DNA from: Vampirovibrionaceae bacterium NZW_1234
Lineage (GTDB): Bacteria; Cyanobacteriota; Vampirovibrionia; Vampirovibrionales; JAGQHJ01
Length of the DNA: 64,000 nucleotides
Assembly: GCA_041697335.1 (NCBI GenBank)
Contig: JBGUGD010000035.1
Span: 1-64,000 of the forward strand
Direction: 5' to 3'
The notes under the pieces were generated by a model. The model saw only the letters and a program-made list of their open reading frames with translations, was not told the DNA's origin and did not search any database. The number at the start of each line of letters is the position of its first letter. Position 1 is the first letter of the stretch. This document shows positions 52,196 through 61,841 of this stretch, piece after piece. The position numbers and the translations under genes are program-made.

Positions 52196-52579
52196 TTAAC
52201 GGGCTTTGACAATCTCGGCCCATTGCTTGGTTTTATCAAGGACGGCGTTGAGAAATTCCGGCCAACTGGCGCCATTGCGTTTGGATTCATCCCAGTTATA
52301 CAATTCGAGCTTGTCAAAGAGCCGGTATTTCTGGAGCTTGCCCTGGTCATCAGTGGCGGTAATGGCAACGGTGTCACAACCAAAGGCCCAATGTTTTTTT
52401 TGTCGGGCCTCCCGGTCGGAGAGACGTTGGAAGGACAAATGAACCGAGTCCGGAAGTTCCTGAGTAATACGCTGTTGAAAGTCTTTTTCCAGTACCTGGG
52501 TACGCTGAGAACTGACGTTAAGCCCATGGTGTTGTATAAAGGAACTGTGAATGCTGTGACTGCCTTTAAATCGAATCAT
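52196..52579 (-). CDS. Hypothetical protein with N-terminal IRFKG motif
   Basis: Probable start ATG 52579. Confidence 0.55.
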   Translation of the reverse strand: MIRFKGSHSIHSSFIQHHGLNVSSQRTQVLEKDFQQRITQELPDSVHLSFQRLSDREARQKKHWAFGCDTVAITATDDQGKLQKYRLFDKLELYNWDESKRNGASWPEFLNAVLDKTKQWAEIVKAR

Positions 52580-52828
52580 TGGCGAATCTTTCTCTGATCC
52601 ATAAACGGTTCCACGAAGGAACCATACCATACGATGCGGGTCGGATTATCATACCCGCTAAGGCAATTTCTGTCACTGAGTATTTTGAAGTTCGCGACAA
52701 GAACGTAACGTTTTGTAAATCAAGCCCCCCTGAAACGCCATGTCTGTTGGTTGAGGATCGTTGTTGGCCTATCGCAAATCTACACATGTAGGACTTCGAG
52801 TAGGCCCATAAAAGGAAAAGATACTGTT

Positions 52829-53719
52829 ATGAAGCTCACCCCCATACAATTTTCAACTCTCCCCTCTCGTCCAGCTCAATCACGTTTTGGCTCGGACGAG
52901 TCTCTCTCGCGGCGATTATCCAAGCCTACCGCTTTGACATCCCAAGCCAAGTTGGCCAAACCCTTGACCTTGGATGAGATTTTATCTCGTGAATCCCATG
53001 ACTTAAACACAGTCTTACCCAAACTCTTACCCGACTTGATTCCGACTCAGCGTGTTGCAATGACGGCCGTGGTAAATCAATTGATTGAAGGTAAAACCCT
53101 GGCGGCCAAGTTTGATCCCAAAACTTTGAAGCCGGGTCAGACACCCCCCAATCTGATGGCACCTGTCCTTCTCATGGGAGGACCTGGCAGTGGAAAGACC
53201 CATATGGTTCTGGCTTTGGCAAAAGCCCTGAATCGCCCTGTCTTCAACATGAGCTGTCGTGATGCCCGAGCAGGATACGATGATGCTCATTATCGCGGTT
53301 ATCCCTCCAATATAGGATTTGTGGATACTGGCATGTCCATTGCCCACCGTTTGACAAAGGCCAACGAAGCCGCTCAGGATTATGGTCAACCGCGTCCCTT
53401 GATTATCGTTGATGAGCCCGAGAAGCAATCTGCTGAGGCCCAAAATATTTTGGCCGATATGATTGTGTCCGGGAAATTACAAGCCCGAGATGGGCAGGTA
53501 GCGGATCTCAAAGGAGCCGATATCCTTTTGACCACGTGCTTCTGGGATGAAGCGATGAGCGACGATTATATGACTCACCACTTTACACCCAAACTGGCTA
53601 AGGCTCTTCAAAACGCAAACGTCTTCCTGAAAGGAGAAAGCCTACGCCCCCAGCATCGTGCCGCCGGTGATGACCGGACATGGCAACAAACCTTAGCCGA
53701 AATGAAAAAACAACCCTAA
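52829..53719 (+). CDS. Stand-alone AAA+ ATPase (ClpB NBD2-like)
   Basis: Walker A GGPGSGKT, Walker B IIVDEPEK, 'NILADMIVSGKLQARDGQVADLKGADILLTT' parallels ClpB '[30 protein letters not shown]'; SRFGS motif. Confidence 0.8.
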   Translation: MKLTPIQFSTLPSRPAQSRFGSDESLSRRLSKPTALTSQAKLAKPLTLDEILSRESHDLNTVLPKLLPDLIPTQRVAMTAVVNQLIEGKTLAAKFDPKTLKPGQTPPNLMAPVLLMGGPGSGKTHMVLALAKALNRPVFNMSCRDARAGYDDAHYRGYPSNIGFVDTGMSIAHRLTKANEAAQDYGQPRPLIIVDEPEKQSAEAQNILADMIVSGKLQARDGQVADLKGADILLTTCFWDEAMSDDYMTHHFTPKLAKALQNANVFLKGESLRPQHRAAGDDRTWQQTLAEMKKQP

Positions 53720-53995
53720 TTGACGGCTACCTGTAAAACAACACTCTTTTCCAATTTACAAAAGCTGGTCCATCATAGGAATCCCTGATCGAGATCCCTC
53801 AGACAATCTTTCATTGGCCCTGAAAGCGTACAGGCAAAAATATCTCTTATTAAACCTCGAAGAGACAATAGAGCCTATTTAGTCATCCTTTGCTCAAGTC
53901 AGATTGAACTCTTCTGGCTTAATTCAACTGCCTATTTCCTTAGGCCACGTTAGGATCTAAACGAAAATTGACCTTAAAAAAGAGAAATAATTTCT

Positions 53996-54601
53996 CTATT
54001 TCACATATTTTTGAAGATAGTCAGGCGTTGAATTCGTTCCGGTATTACTCAAACTAGTTGAAGAATTTACATCAAGTGGCTTTGATTCAACATTGCTTCT
54101 TTCAACGTTAATAAAATAATCACGATCAACTTTACCAGTGAAGGTTGCTCCAGAAGGAATAGTTGCATCGCTACCACGCTTTAGCAGAAACAAGGGAGAC
54201 ACTATTAAAGAGAGAGCAACAGTTGAGCCAACTTTATCTTTTCCATCTGAACTATTATTCCCTCTCAACCAAACACGAGTACCATCAGTCGCTTTGGTAC
54301 TCTCAAGGCTGAGACTAACCTGCCCTTTTTTACCCAAACGACCTCGTTCTTCACTTTGAGTAATTGTTGCATAGGCTGTCGTACCGGCTTTAATGAGAAT
54401 TGACTTGTTGTCATTGCCCAGTATGTCTTCAGCAACAATTAAGGATACTGTATCACCTTGCCGATTAGACGATGAAGAAACATTTTCAACAACTCTAAGT
54501 CGAACCGGCGTTCCTTCCTCAAGTTTAATTTGCTCAGCAATACTAACCAATGAAGAAAACACAAACGGTACTGTCAAAAGAGATAGAGCTAACTTTTTCA
54601 T
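53996..54601 (-). CDS. Exported hypothetical protein
   Basis: Signal peptide MKKLALSLL...SIA; beta-rich domain; AT-rich. Confidence 0.7.
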   Translation of the reverse strand: MKKLALSLLTVPFVFSSLVSIAEQIKLEEGTPVRLRVVENVSSSSNRQGDTVSLIVAEDILGNDNKSILIKAGTTAYATITQSEERGRLGKKGQVSLSLESTKATDGTRVWLRGNNSSDGKDKVGSTVALSLIVSPLFLLKRGSDATIPSGATFTGKVDRDYFINVERSNVESKPLDVNSSTSLSNTGTNSTPDYLQKYVK

Positions 54602-54886
54602 ATTGTTCCAATCAGGTTATGGTATTAAGATTGCATATTTCAAAACCATACAATAATCATAAATAATAATCCAATACTCATCTTAAATAATAAGAAATGT
54701 AAATCCGAAGATTTATCTGCGCTTGTTTCAGCATTATATGCTCCTGCTCTTGCTGAAAGATAAATTCGCTTGACATTCAATAGACCACACAAGCCACAAA
54801 TGTAACATTTCATAACTAACATTGAAAAGCTGCAAAGAAAGGGCTATTTTGAAATAAGCTGTAAAATTACAAAAAGGCATCTATCC

Positions 54887-55171
54887 ATGAAAAGACATAA
54901 ATTCTTAGCTCCTTTTGCCCTTTCAATCGCAGCGCTGCTCGCAAGCGTATCCAACAATGATAAAGCACTTATAGCACATGCCTCGCCAACTATAATCCCC
55001 CAAACCGAGCAGAGTAACAATTTAATCACAACTGAAGATAACCGAATCTTACATGATTTTGTTCTAAAACGTGATGAAAATAACGTTTTAATGGCAGAAC
55101 ACTGGTCCCATAGCTCACATCGTTCCCACAGCTCACATTCCAGCCACCGTTCCCACTACTCAGGATACTAA
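54887..55171 (+). CDS. hxsA: His-Xaa-Ser repeat precursor peptide
   Basis: C-terminal HWS-HSS-HRS-HSS-HSS-HRS-HYS-GY (7 HxS); signal-like N-terminus. Confidence 0.9.
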   Translation: MKRHKFLAPFALSIAALLASVSNNDKALIAHASPTIIPQTEQSNNLITTEDNRILHDFVLKRDENNVLMAEHWSHSSHRSHSSHSSHRSHYSGY

Positions 55172-55173
55172 AA

Positions 55174-55506
55174 ATGTCTGATTCAAAACTTATTGACGAG
55201 GGCGTAAGCTCCGTCGATTTGCGTATATCCAATATAATCTACAATTTGGACACGATCAAAAAGACTGCCTATCGTTTTGCAGGAGAAGCTTCTTTCGATT
55301 TTAGGATCGATGGGAATGATGTTGTATGTAAAATAAACTTTTCTCAACCAAAGCAAAGTGATGAACTCAATAAGTTCCAAGAGTCTTTTAACTTAGAATT
55401 ATTGGACCAAGATTTACGGCATCAAGTTGCACTTGAAACTGCTTCTCTGCGAAATGCAATACTCGCTTATGCCTTCTCTAAAACAGGGTTGCAAGAAAGT
55501 GAGTAA
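55174..55506 (+). CDS. hxsD: His-Xaa-Ser system protein HxsD
   Basis: IYNLDTIKKTAYRF...FNLELLDQDLR...ETASLRNAILAYAF; between precursor and radical SAM genes. Confidence 0.85.
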   Translation: MSDSKLIDEGVSSVDLRISNIIYNLDTIKKTAYRFAGEASFDFRIDGNDVVCKINFSQPKQSDELNKFQESFNLELLDQDLRHQVALETASLRNAILAYAFSKTGLQESE

Positions 55507-56959
55507 GTTCCAACCTCTAACAAACTTTGAAGCGTCTTTATCTTCAGGCTATCGCCTAATGCCCTTCAATTTTTCATCTTTGGATCATAAAGAATATGTA
55601 TTAACCAACCCCGCTGGTGAATATCTCATACTTGAGCGAGAAACTCTTCACTCATTCATTCGTCATGAACTGTCTCCATTGGCTTCAGCCTATGCAGAGT
55701 TGAAATCGAAGCATTTTCTTATTGATCAGGACTCTAATGTTGCCATAGACCTAATGGGCCTGAAGCTACGGACCAAAATGAATCGACTAGCTGATTTTAC
55801 AGGGCTCCATATTTTTGTAGTTACTCTTAGGTGTGAACATTCCTGCCCTTACTGCCAAGTTTCTCGTCAGAGTGACGATCGCCTGTCTTTTGATATGACA
55901 ACAGAAACAGCTGATAAAGCTTTAAGCCTTGTTTTTCGATCTCCTTCACCTGCCATTAAAATAGAATTCCAAGGCGGAGAATCACTACTTAATTTTGAAT
56001 TAATTCGCTATATTGTGGAACGTGCTGAAGAACTAAACCTAAAACACCAGCGAGTATTGGAGTTTGTTATTGCAACTAATCTTGCAGTGCTTAATGATAG
56101 CATTTTAAACTACTGTAAAGCACATAATATCCAAATATCGACATCACTAGATGGTCCTGAGGAACTACACAATAAAAATAGGCCTAGACCAGGTGGGGAT
56201 AGTCATGCAAAAGCTGTTGCAGGCATCTCTAGAGCCCGAGATGTACTCGGTCGAGATAAAATTAACGCTTTAATGACTACAACCCAAGCTAGTCTTTCCC
56301 AGGTTAAAGCCATCATTGATGAATACATTCGGCTAGGCTTTAATAGCATTTTTTTACGCCCTCTATCACCATATGGATTTGCTATCAAGACAAAACTTTA
56401 TAAAGCATATGATACTGATGAATGGCTAAATTTTTATTTTGAAGGCTTAGATTATATTTTAGAACTCAACAAAAATGGTTTTTTCTTTATTGAGCATTAT
56501 GCCTCAATTATCCTAAATAAAATGCTTACCCCTTTTGGTACTGGTTATGTCGATTTAATGAGCCCAGCTGGAATCGGCATAGGTGCATTAGTCTATAACT
56601 ATAATGGGGAAGTCTATGCCTCAGATGAAAGTCGTATGCTTGCTGAAATGGGAGATAAGCAATTTCTATTGGGTAATGTGCATGAAAATTCCTGGGAAGA
56701 ACTCATAACTTCAAATGCCCTATTAGACCCGCTTGAGCAGTCCTTTAGTGGTAGTGCCCCAATGTGCCATGAATGTGCGTTTGAGCCATATTGTGGTTCT
56801 GAACCAGTCTTTCATCATGCTACTCAAGGTGATTGGGTTGGCTTTAAGCCGACATCAGCATTTTGCAATCGTAATATGACAATTTTTCGCCATCTCATAC
56901 GTCTGATGCGGGACGATGATGAGGTTAAAAAGATATTCCTTAATTGGATACAGGTTTAA
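55499..56959 (+). CDS. hxsB: His-Xaa-Ser system radical SAM/SPASM maturase HxsB
   Basis: LHIFVVTLRCEHSCPYC (CX3CX2C), IEFQGGE, SLDG, CHECAFEPYCG...FC; GTG start overlapping hxsD. Confidence 0.92.
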   Translation: MSKFQPLTNFEASLSSGYRLMPFNFSSLDHKEYVLTNPAGEYLILERETLHSFIRHELSPLASAYAELKSKHFLIDQDSNVAIDLMGLKLRTKMNRLADFTGLHIFVVTLRCEHSCPYCQVSRQSDDRLSFDMTTETADKALSLVFRSPSPAIKIEFQGGESLLNFELIRYIVERAEELNLKHQRVLEFVIATNLAVLNDSILNYCKAHNIQISTSLDGPEELHNKNRPRPGGDSHAKAVAGISRARDVLGRDKINALMTTTQASLSQVKAIIDEYIRLGFNSIFLRPLSPYGFAIKTKLYKAYDTDEWLNFYFEGLDYILELNKNGFFFIEHYASIILNKMLTPFGTGYVDLMSPAGIGIGALVYNYNGEVYASDESRMLAEMGDKQFLLGNVHENSWEELITSNALLDPLEQSFSGSAPMCHECAFEPYCGSEPVFHHATQGDWVGFKPTSAFCNRNMTIFRHLIRLMRDDDEVKKIFLNWIQV

Positions 56960-56962
56960 CTT

Positions 56963-58150
56963 ATGCTAACACTAGGAAGTTCTAATATACAATTCCATAA
57001 CTTTGGAAGTAATACAGACACGCTTATTATTCGTTTATCAGATGATATTAGACGTCCAAATGCTCTTCGTGAAAATGAAGCTTTTTTAATACATCCAGAA
57101 CAGATTATCCCTACTGGGTTCAAGCTCTACCTTCTATTAGACAAAGATAAGAGGCGTTTTAGTGACCTGCCTCCCAATACACCTTTGGTTATTTTACCGG
57201 GCGAATATAACTACTTAGGCTCTGGAGATATAGTTCGCCTCTCTCCTGAAAAAAATGCTATTCGTGTGCTATATCGACGAAAATCAAAACACAATAGCTT
57301 TCTAACAACTGAACGCTGTAATAATTATTGCCTAATGTGCTCTCAACCACCTCGTAACGTTGAGGATACGTGGATTGTTAATGAGATTCTACAAAGTATC
57401 CCTTTAATTAATGTTGACACAAAAGAGTTGGGTTTTACTGGAGGAGAGCCAACACTTTTAGGAGAAGATTTAATTCGAATTCTAAATATGTGTAAAAGCT
57501 GGCTTCCTCATACTGGAATACATATTCTTTCGAACGGACGAAATTTTGCCAATCCAGAATTTACAGAAAAGTATGCTGCAGTTAAGCACCCTGATCTTAT
57601 GGTTGGAATACCTCTCTATTCTGACTTATCGACTATTCATGATTATGTTGTTCAAGCTGATGGTGCTTACGATGAAACCATCAGAGGAATTCTTAATTTA
57701 AAACGCCTAGGACAAAAAGTAGAAATTCGTGTAGTTTTACATAAACAGACCTATAATCGTTTACCACAATTAGCAGAGTTCATTGTTCGGAACTTACTTT
57801 TTGTTGACCATATAGCTCTTATGGGCCTAGAAATGATGGGCTTTACCAAAGCTAATATTGACGATCTTTGGGTTGACCCCTATGACTACCAAAATGAACT
57901 CCAAAAAGCTGTTGAAATTCTGGTCGCATATAGAATGAATGTTTCTATTTATAACCTTCCACTATGTATATTAAAGCCCTCCCTTTGGCCTTATGCAAGA
58001 AAGTCTATTTCTGACTGGAAAAATGAATATATGCCAGAATGTAAGCCTTGCTCGCAAAAAGACAAATGTGGTGGTTTTTTTAGTTCTGCAACATTCAAAT
58101 ATAGTAGCAATATCAGGCCATTTCTTATTACTTCTCAGTTTGAGAACTAG
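56963..58150 (+). CDS. hxsC: His-Xaa-Ser system radical SAM maturase HxsC
   Basis: TERCNNYCLMCSQPP, TGGEPTL, LSNGR, SISDWKNEY, CKPC...CGGFF. Confidence 0.92.
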   Translation: MLTLGSSNIQFHNFGSNTDTLIIRLSDDIRRPNALRENEAFLIHPEQIIPTGFKLYLLLDKDKRRFSDLPPNTPLVILPGEYNYLGSGDIVRLSPEKNAIRVLYRRKSKHNSFLTTERCNNYCLMCSQPPRNVEDTWIVNEILQSIPLINVDTKELGFTGGEPTLLGEDLIRILNMCKSWLPHTGIHILSNGRNFANPEFTEKYAAVKHPDLMVGIPLYSDLSTIHDYVVQADGAYDETIRGILNLKRLGQKVEIRVVLHKQTYNRLPQLAEFIVRNLLFVDHIALMGLEMMGFTKANIDDLWVDPYDYQNELQKAVEILVAYRMNVSIYNLPLCILKPSLWPYARKSISDWKNEYMPECKPCSQKDKCGGFFSSATFKYSSNIRPFLITSQFEN

Positions 58151-58289
58151 CAGTTCTAGAGCTGATCTGGGTCCAATTTGTGTAGCTTTTCATTGAAATG
58201 CTTTAAATTTAGTAATACTTTGTCAAATACTTCGAAATTTTGAACGTTTTAAATTGTTACGATTTGAAGCACTAGCATATACTTCAGTG

Positions 58290-58550
58290 TTATCTCTTAT
58301 TACATTCTGGGTTTGCACAGACACCAGCAGCGGCAACGGGATATTGCCTACAGTTCTGACTAGTCTTTGCCTTATTGGAACAATAAGGTGCCAAATTACA
58401 AACCCAAGCATAGCCTTGTTTTTTATTGGGATACTTCAAATAAAGCCTTCCAGAGCATTGAGTACAGGCGTAAAAGTTTTGTCGCTTGGGACCTATAGCA
58501 AGGGAATTAACCTCAGGAAATTGCTTGTTATCAGATAATTCCTCTAATAA
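58290..58550 (-). pseudogene. Fragment with topoisomerase-type C4 zinc ribbon (probable C-terminus of a lost helicase)
   Basis: Startless frame YACTQCSGRLYLKYPNKKQGYAWVCNLAPYCSNKAKTSQNC...CANPEC*; a different frame upstream reads LLEELSDNKQFPEV. Confidence 0.4.
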
Positions 58551-58606
58551 ACATCAAGTTGATATGCTACATTTAAATTTCCCAAAGAAAAGAAAATAGT
58601 AACACT

Positions 58607-59629
58607 ATGAGACTTCTTGTTGTTGGCGCTGGTGCCAGTATTGCTGAAGGGATTGAGGCACAAGTCCCAGAAAAATGGATGCCTCCTTCTATATCAACTT
58701 TTGCTGAGAGGTTATGGCAGGGAGGAACAGACTCCTATCCATATTTAGTGGAGTATTACCTGCAGGCTCAGGGTATAGAGCCAGGGCCGGATCCTTTGCA
58801 TACTTTCATTAGGCATAGCAATGAAAACCCAACTCAAATAAATGTTGAAAAATATCTTGAATTTATTTGGGATATAGCTCCATATTTCTCAGAGTTAAGG
58901 AAGACAGTATTAGAAGTACAACCTGACTCATATGTTGGATGGATGGAAGATTGGAGAGATTTATGGGAGCAGGTTTTAACTCATCTAGTTAGATTACCCT
59001 TAGAATTTTTGATATTAAACGCATTTATTATTCCTGGGTATCTTCGGCCTGACGCTGATATTCCGGTATCTTCGGCAGTAGCGAATATACTTAAGCCTGG
59101 AGATGTGGTTCTTAGTTTGAACTACGATACATTATTTGACATAGCCATTAGTAGGCAGAGTGTTCCCATGCGATACTCACCGTATCCTAGAGAAGGCTCT
59201 GAAATTTATGTGGTGAAGCCTCATGGCTCTTTAAACATGGGAATAAACACAACGAATAATGGTATTGGATATGCTTTACCCTCATATATTTTTAATGGAA
59301 GTGCATTAGCTCCAGGTGATATTGACTTAAGTACAGGTATTGTCCCTCCCAGGTTCAATAAAGACTACTCTCAGCATCCTATAGCGGAATTGCTACTCAG
59401 CCGAATCTTGTATTTTTCTCCAACGATAGTATCTTTCTGGGGAGTAGGCATTACAAGTAGTGATGAGGATCTTCTTGAGCTTTATAAGCGTTATTGTATG
59501 TTTGCTGAGAGGGTAGAGTTTATAAACCCTGACCAGCATTTATTTGAAACAGCAAAGTCTGTTCTAGGAGTTGATTTGGACAGGTTTAATACACATGTGG
59601 AATGGTTAGCCCACGTAAACAATTCCTAG
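58607..59629 (+). CDS. SIR2-like domain protein
   Basis: LLVVGAGAS, SLNYDTLFD, KPHGSLN, IVPP..K, WGVGITSSDEDL, INPD. Confidence 0.85.
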   Translation: MRLLVVGAGASIAEGIEAQVPEKWMPPSISTFAERLWQGGTDSYPYLVEYYLQAQGIEPGPDPLHTFIRHSNENPTQINVEKYLEFIWDIAPYFSELRKTVLEVQPDSYVGWMEDWRDLWEQVLTHLVRLPLEFLILNAFIIPGYLRPDADIPVSSAVANILKPGDVVLSLNYDTLFDIAISRQSVPMRYSPYPREGSEIYVVKPHGSLNMGINTTNNGIGYALPSYIFNGSALAPGDIDLSTGIVPPRFNKDYSQHPIAELLLSRILYFSPTIVSFWGVGITSSDEDLLELYKRYCMFAERVEFINPDQHLFETAKSVLGVDLDRFNTHVEWLAHVNNS

Positions 59630-59943
59630 GTACGCCTCCCTATACCAAAAAATGGGTATAGGGCCAAATAAAAAGGATACCTATCGTGGAAACACAACCT
59701 TAAAATATAAAAAGACCCCTTGCCATCACTGCCCTTCTTGTCCCCGCTAGTTAAGGTCGGGGTTCTCTGGAGGTGCTGCCTCTGGCTTTATCATGTTGAG
59801 AATGCATGTTTTTATATCAACCCCACCCTGGCCTTAAATTCATCAGAAGACTCTCTCATGGTTTAGGCGGGTCTATGGCCTTGCTAGGGGGTTTAAAATC
59901 TATCTTAGAAGTGATGTAACTTCTGTGTTTCATCTGAGGCTTT

Positions 59944-60471
59944 TCAAATAGAACCTTCAAATCCCGAAGCAGCAGTCAGTACTTTGAGTACTAAGGTTTT
60001 CAACCCATTTAACTCATTTTCGAAACCACAAAATGTCCTACCATGTGTAATGTCGCTTCTTTTGGTGTAGTAACGCTTCGCATTTCTACCCAATTGACGA
60101 GCTTGAGGTGACTCATCATATCCAGTGAGACGAAAGTATTCGAATGCGAGCTGTAAGCTGGGATTATTCGCAATTTGTTGGATGTGATGTTGATCTAAGA
60201 GTTGACTTATCGATTCACAAATGAGAACAGCTTGATTGGTTATCACAGTCGCACTTGCCGAAAAACTGAGATTAGGTGTTAGCCCTTCCATAATTTTTGT
60301 TTCAAATTTAAACGGCCTGCTCAGGGCTGAAACCTCAAGCTTCGCATCTGCTAAATTATTGTATAACTGAGCTAAAAGCATTTTAAACTCAATTTCCTTA
60401 GAGAGGGAGGCGATACCTTTTAATTGGTCAGCAATTTTTAAAGCGTTGTCAAGAATACTTAAAGGGTTCAT
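59944..60471 (-). CDS. Chimeric/truncated protein with HEPN-like Rx4H motif
   Basis: Helical N-terminus followed by YYTKRSDITHG; domain looks internally deleted. Confidence 0.5.
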   Translation of the reverse strand: MNPLSILDNALKIADQLKGIASLSKEIEFKMLLAQLYNNLADAKLEVSALSRPFKFETKIMEGLTPNLSFSASATVITNQAVLICESISQLLDQHHIQQIANNPSLQLAFEYFRLTGYDESPQARQLGRNAKRYYTKRSDITHGRTFCGFENELNGLKTLVLKVLTAASGFEGSI

Positions 60472-60552
60472 ATTCTCTCCTTCCCAGTCTTAATTATGGG
60501 ATTTCCGATATTCTTTCACCATCTCCGGCGTCCCGATTTTAGCCGCTAGACA

Positions 60553-61329
60553 TTAGTGTGAGCTTATGAGCAGTTGTACACGTTCAAAATATTCGTTTCT
60601 GGTGAGCCTAACTCTGTAAATTGGGGTTCCTCGCTTAACAACACCGTCATGCCACTTGTTAACGTAGGCAATTAGATCTTTTTCATTCAAGATCTGAGCC
60701 ACAACTTTTTGATGCAACTCTAACGGCATTGGGGTGTCTATACCATTCAAAGCTCTATACACACTAACTGAATACTTTATAGATGCCATAACAGCCCTAC
60801 ATGTGCCCTTATCCCAATTTATACCCAGCCTGGAAGCTGCATGCTCCCAATCCTCCATAACAGTTCCCGCAACTTGAGCTTCAAAAGTTTCAGCCGATGT
60901 TTCAGATTTTGCGGTAACAGTATCCAAAGGTTGAGGTAAGGCAGGTAAAACTGTCGAGGATTCATGTCCTACAAGCTTGCTGGCTGAATGACTCTTGCTA
61001 GAAATTAACGAATTGACAAAAAAGCCCAGCCCGAAGATCACTCCACAAATCAGAACCAATGGCCACAATATCGGTATCAAGAGCAACCCAATGATAATCA
61101 GGAAACCAAGTACACTGGTGGATTTTGCACCCTTCTTTGATTTACCTACCTTGAAAACGTCGAATGTCGTCCGCTTGTAGGCTCGGTTATAAGCAGCTTT
61201 CTTGGGATTTGTTAACCATCCATAGCCCTTAGGTGCTTTTAAACCTAGGCTGTGACGTACCATACGTCTAACACTCGTTTTTGCAGCAAGTCGTTTTTTA
61301 AACGATGGTTTTCGTGGCCCGAACTTCAT
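60553..61329 (-). CDS. Prophage-associated membrane protein
   Basis: Basic N-terminus MKFGPRKPSFKKR...GYGWLTNPKKAAYNRAYKRTT recalled from prophage hypotheticals; two TM helices. Confidence 0.65.
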   Translation of the reverse strand: MKFGPRKPSFKKRLAAKTSVRRMVRHSLGLKAPKGYGWLTNPKKAAYNRAYKRTTFDVFKVGKSKKGAKSTSVLGFLIIIGLLLIPILWPLVLICGVIFGLGFFVNSLISSKSHSASKLVGHESSTVLPALPQPLDTVTAKSETSAETFEAQVAGTVMEDWEHAASRLGINWDKGTCRAVMASIKYSVSVYRALNGIDTPMPLELHQKVVAQILNEKDLIAYVNKWHDGVVKRGTPIYRVRLTRNEYFERVQLLISSH

Positions 61330-61363
61330 TACTTCCATCCCCTTAGGTTTCAATATCCGCCCC

Positions 61364-61801
61364 ATGATATCACCAAAGTCGCTTTTTGCTTCAAAAGACA
61401 TGAAGACAATAGAGCTGGACGACCAAAACAACCCCTGGTGGGTTGCAAAGGATGTTTGCGCGGTTCTTGGTATCACAAACCCAAGCGACGCTATTAAAAA
61501 TTTTGATAGCTCAGATAAGGCTAGTTTTAATCTAGGCTTACCAGGAAGCCCACCCAACTTCGTCTCTGAGTCTGGTCTCTACAAATTAATTATGCGCTCA
61601 GACAAACCTCAAGCTAGGGTATTCCAAAATTGGGTCACACAAGAAGTTTTACCTAGCATCCGAAAAACCGGAACATACATTGCACCCGTCCAACAACAAT
61701 TCCAATCCCCAGCCAATGTCTACGAAGCCATCATCCAAAGCGTACAACAAATGGCGGCGTTGGATGGTCGGGTTAGTCAGATTGAACCTACCCAGGTGTA
61801 A
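61364..61801 (+). CDS. BRO-N domain protein (phage antirepressor-like, truncated)
   Basis: PWWVAKDVCAVLG, VSESGLYKLIMRSDKPQARVFQNWVTQEVLPSIRKTG. Confidence 0.9.
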   Translation: MISPKSLFASKDMKTIELDDQNNPWWVAKDVCAVLGITNPSDAIKNFDSSDKASFNLGLPGSPPNFVSESGLYKLIMRSDKPQARVFQNWVTQEVLPSIRKTGTYIAPVQQQFQSPANVYEAIIQSVQQMAALDGRVSQIEPTQV

Positions 61802-61841
61802 ACAAAGACACTAAGATGGTCTTAGTTTCAAATTTTGGTCT

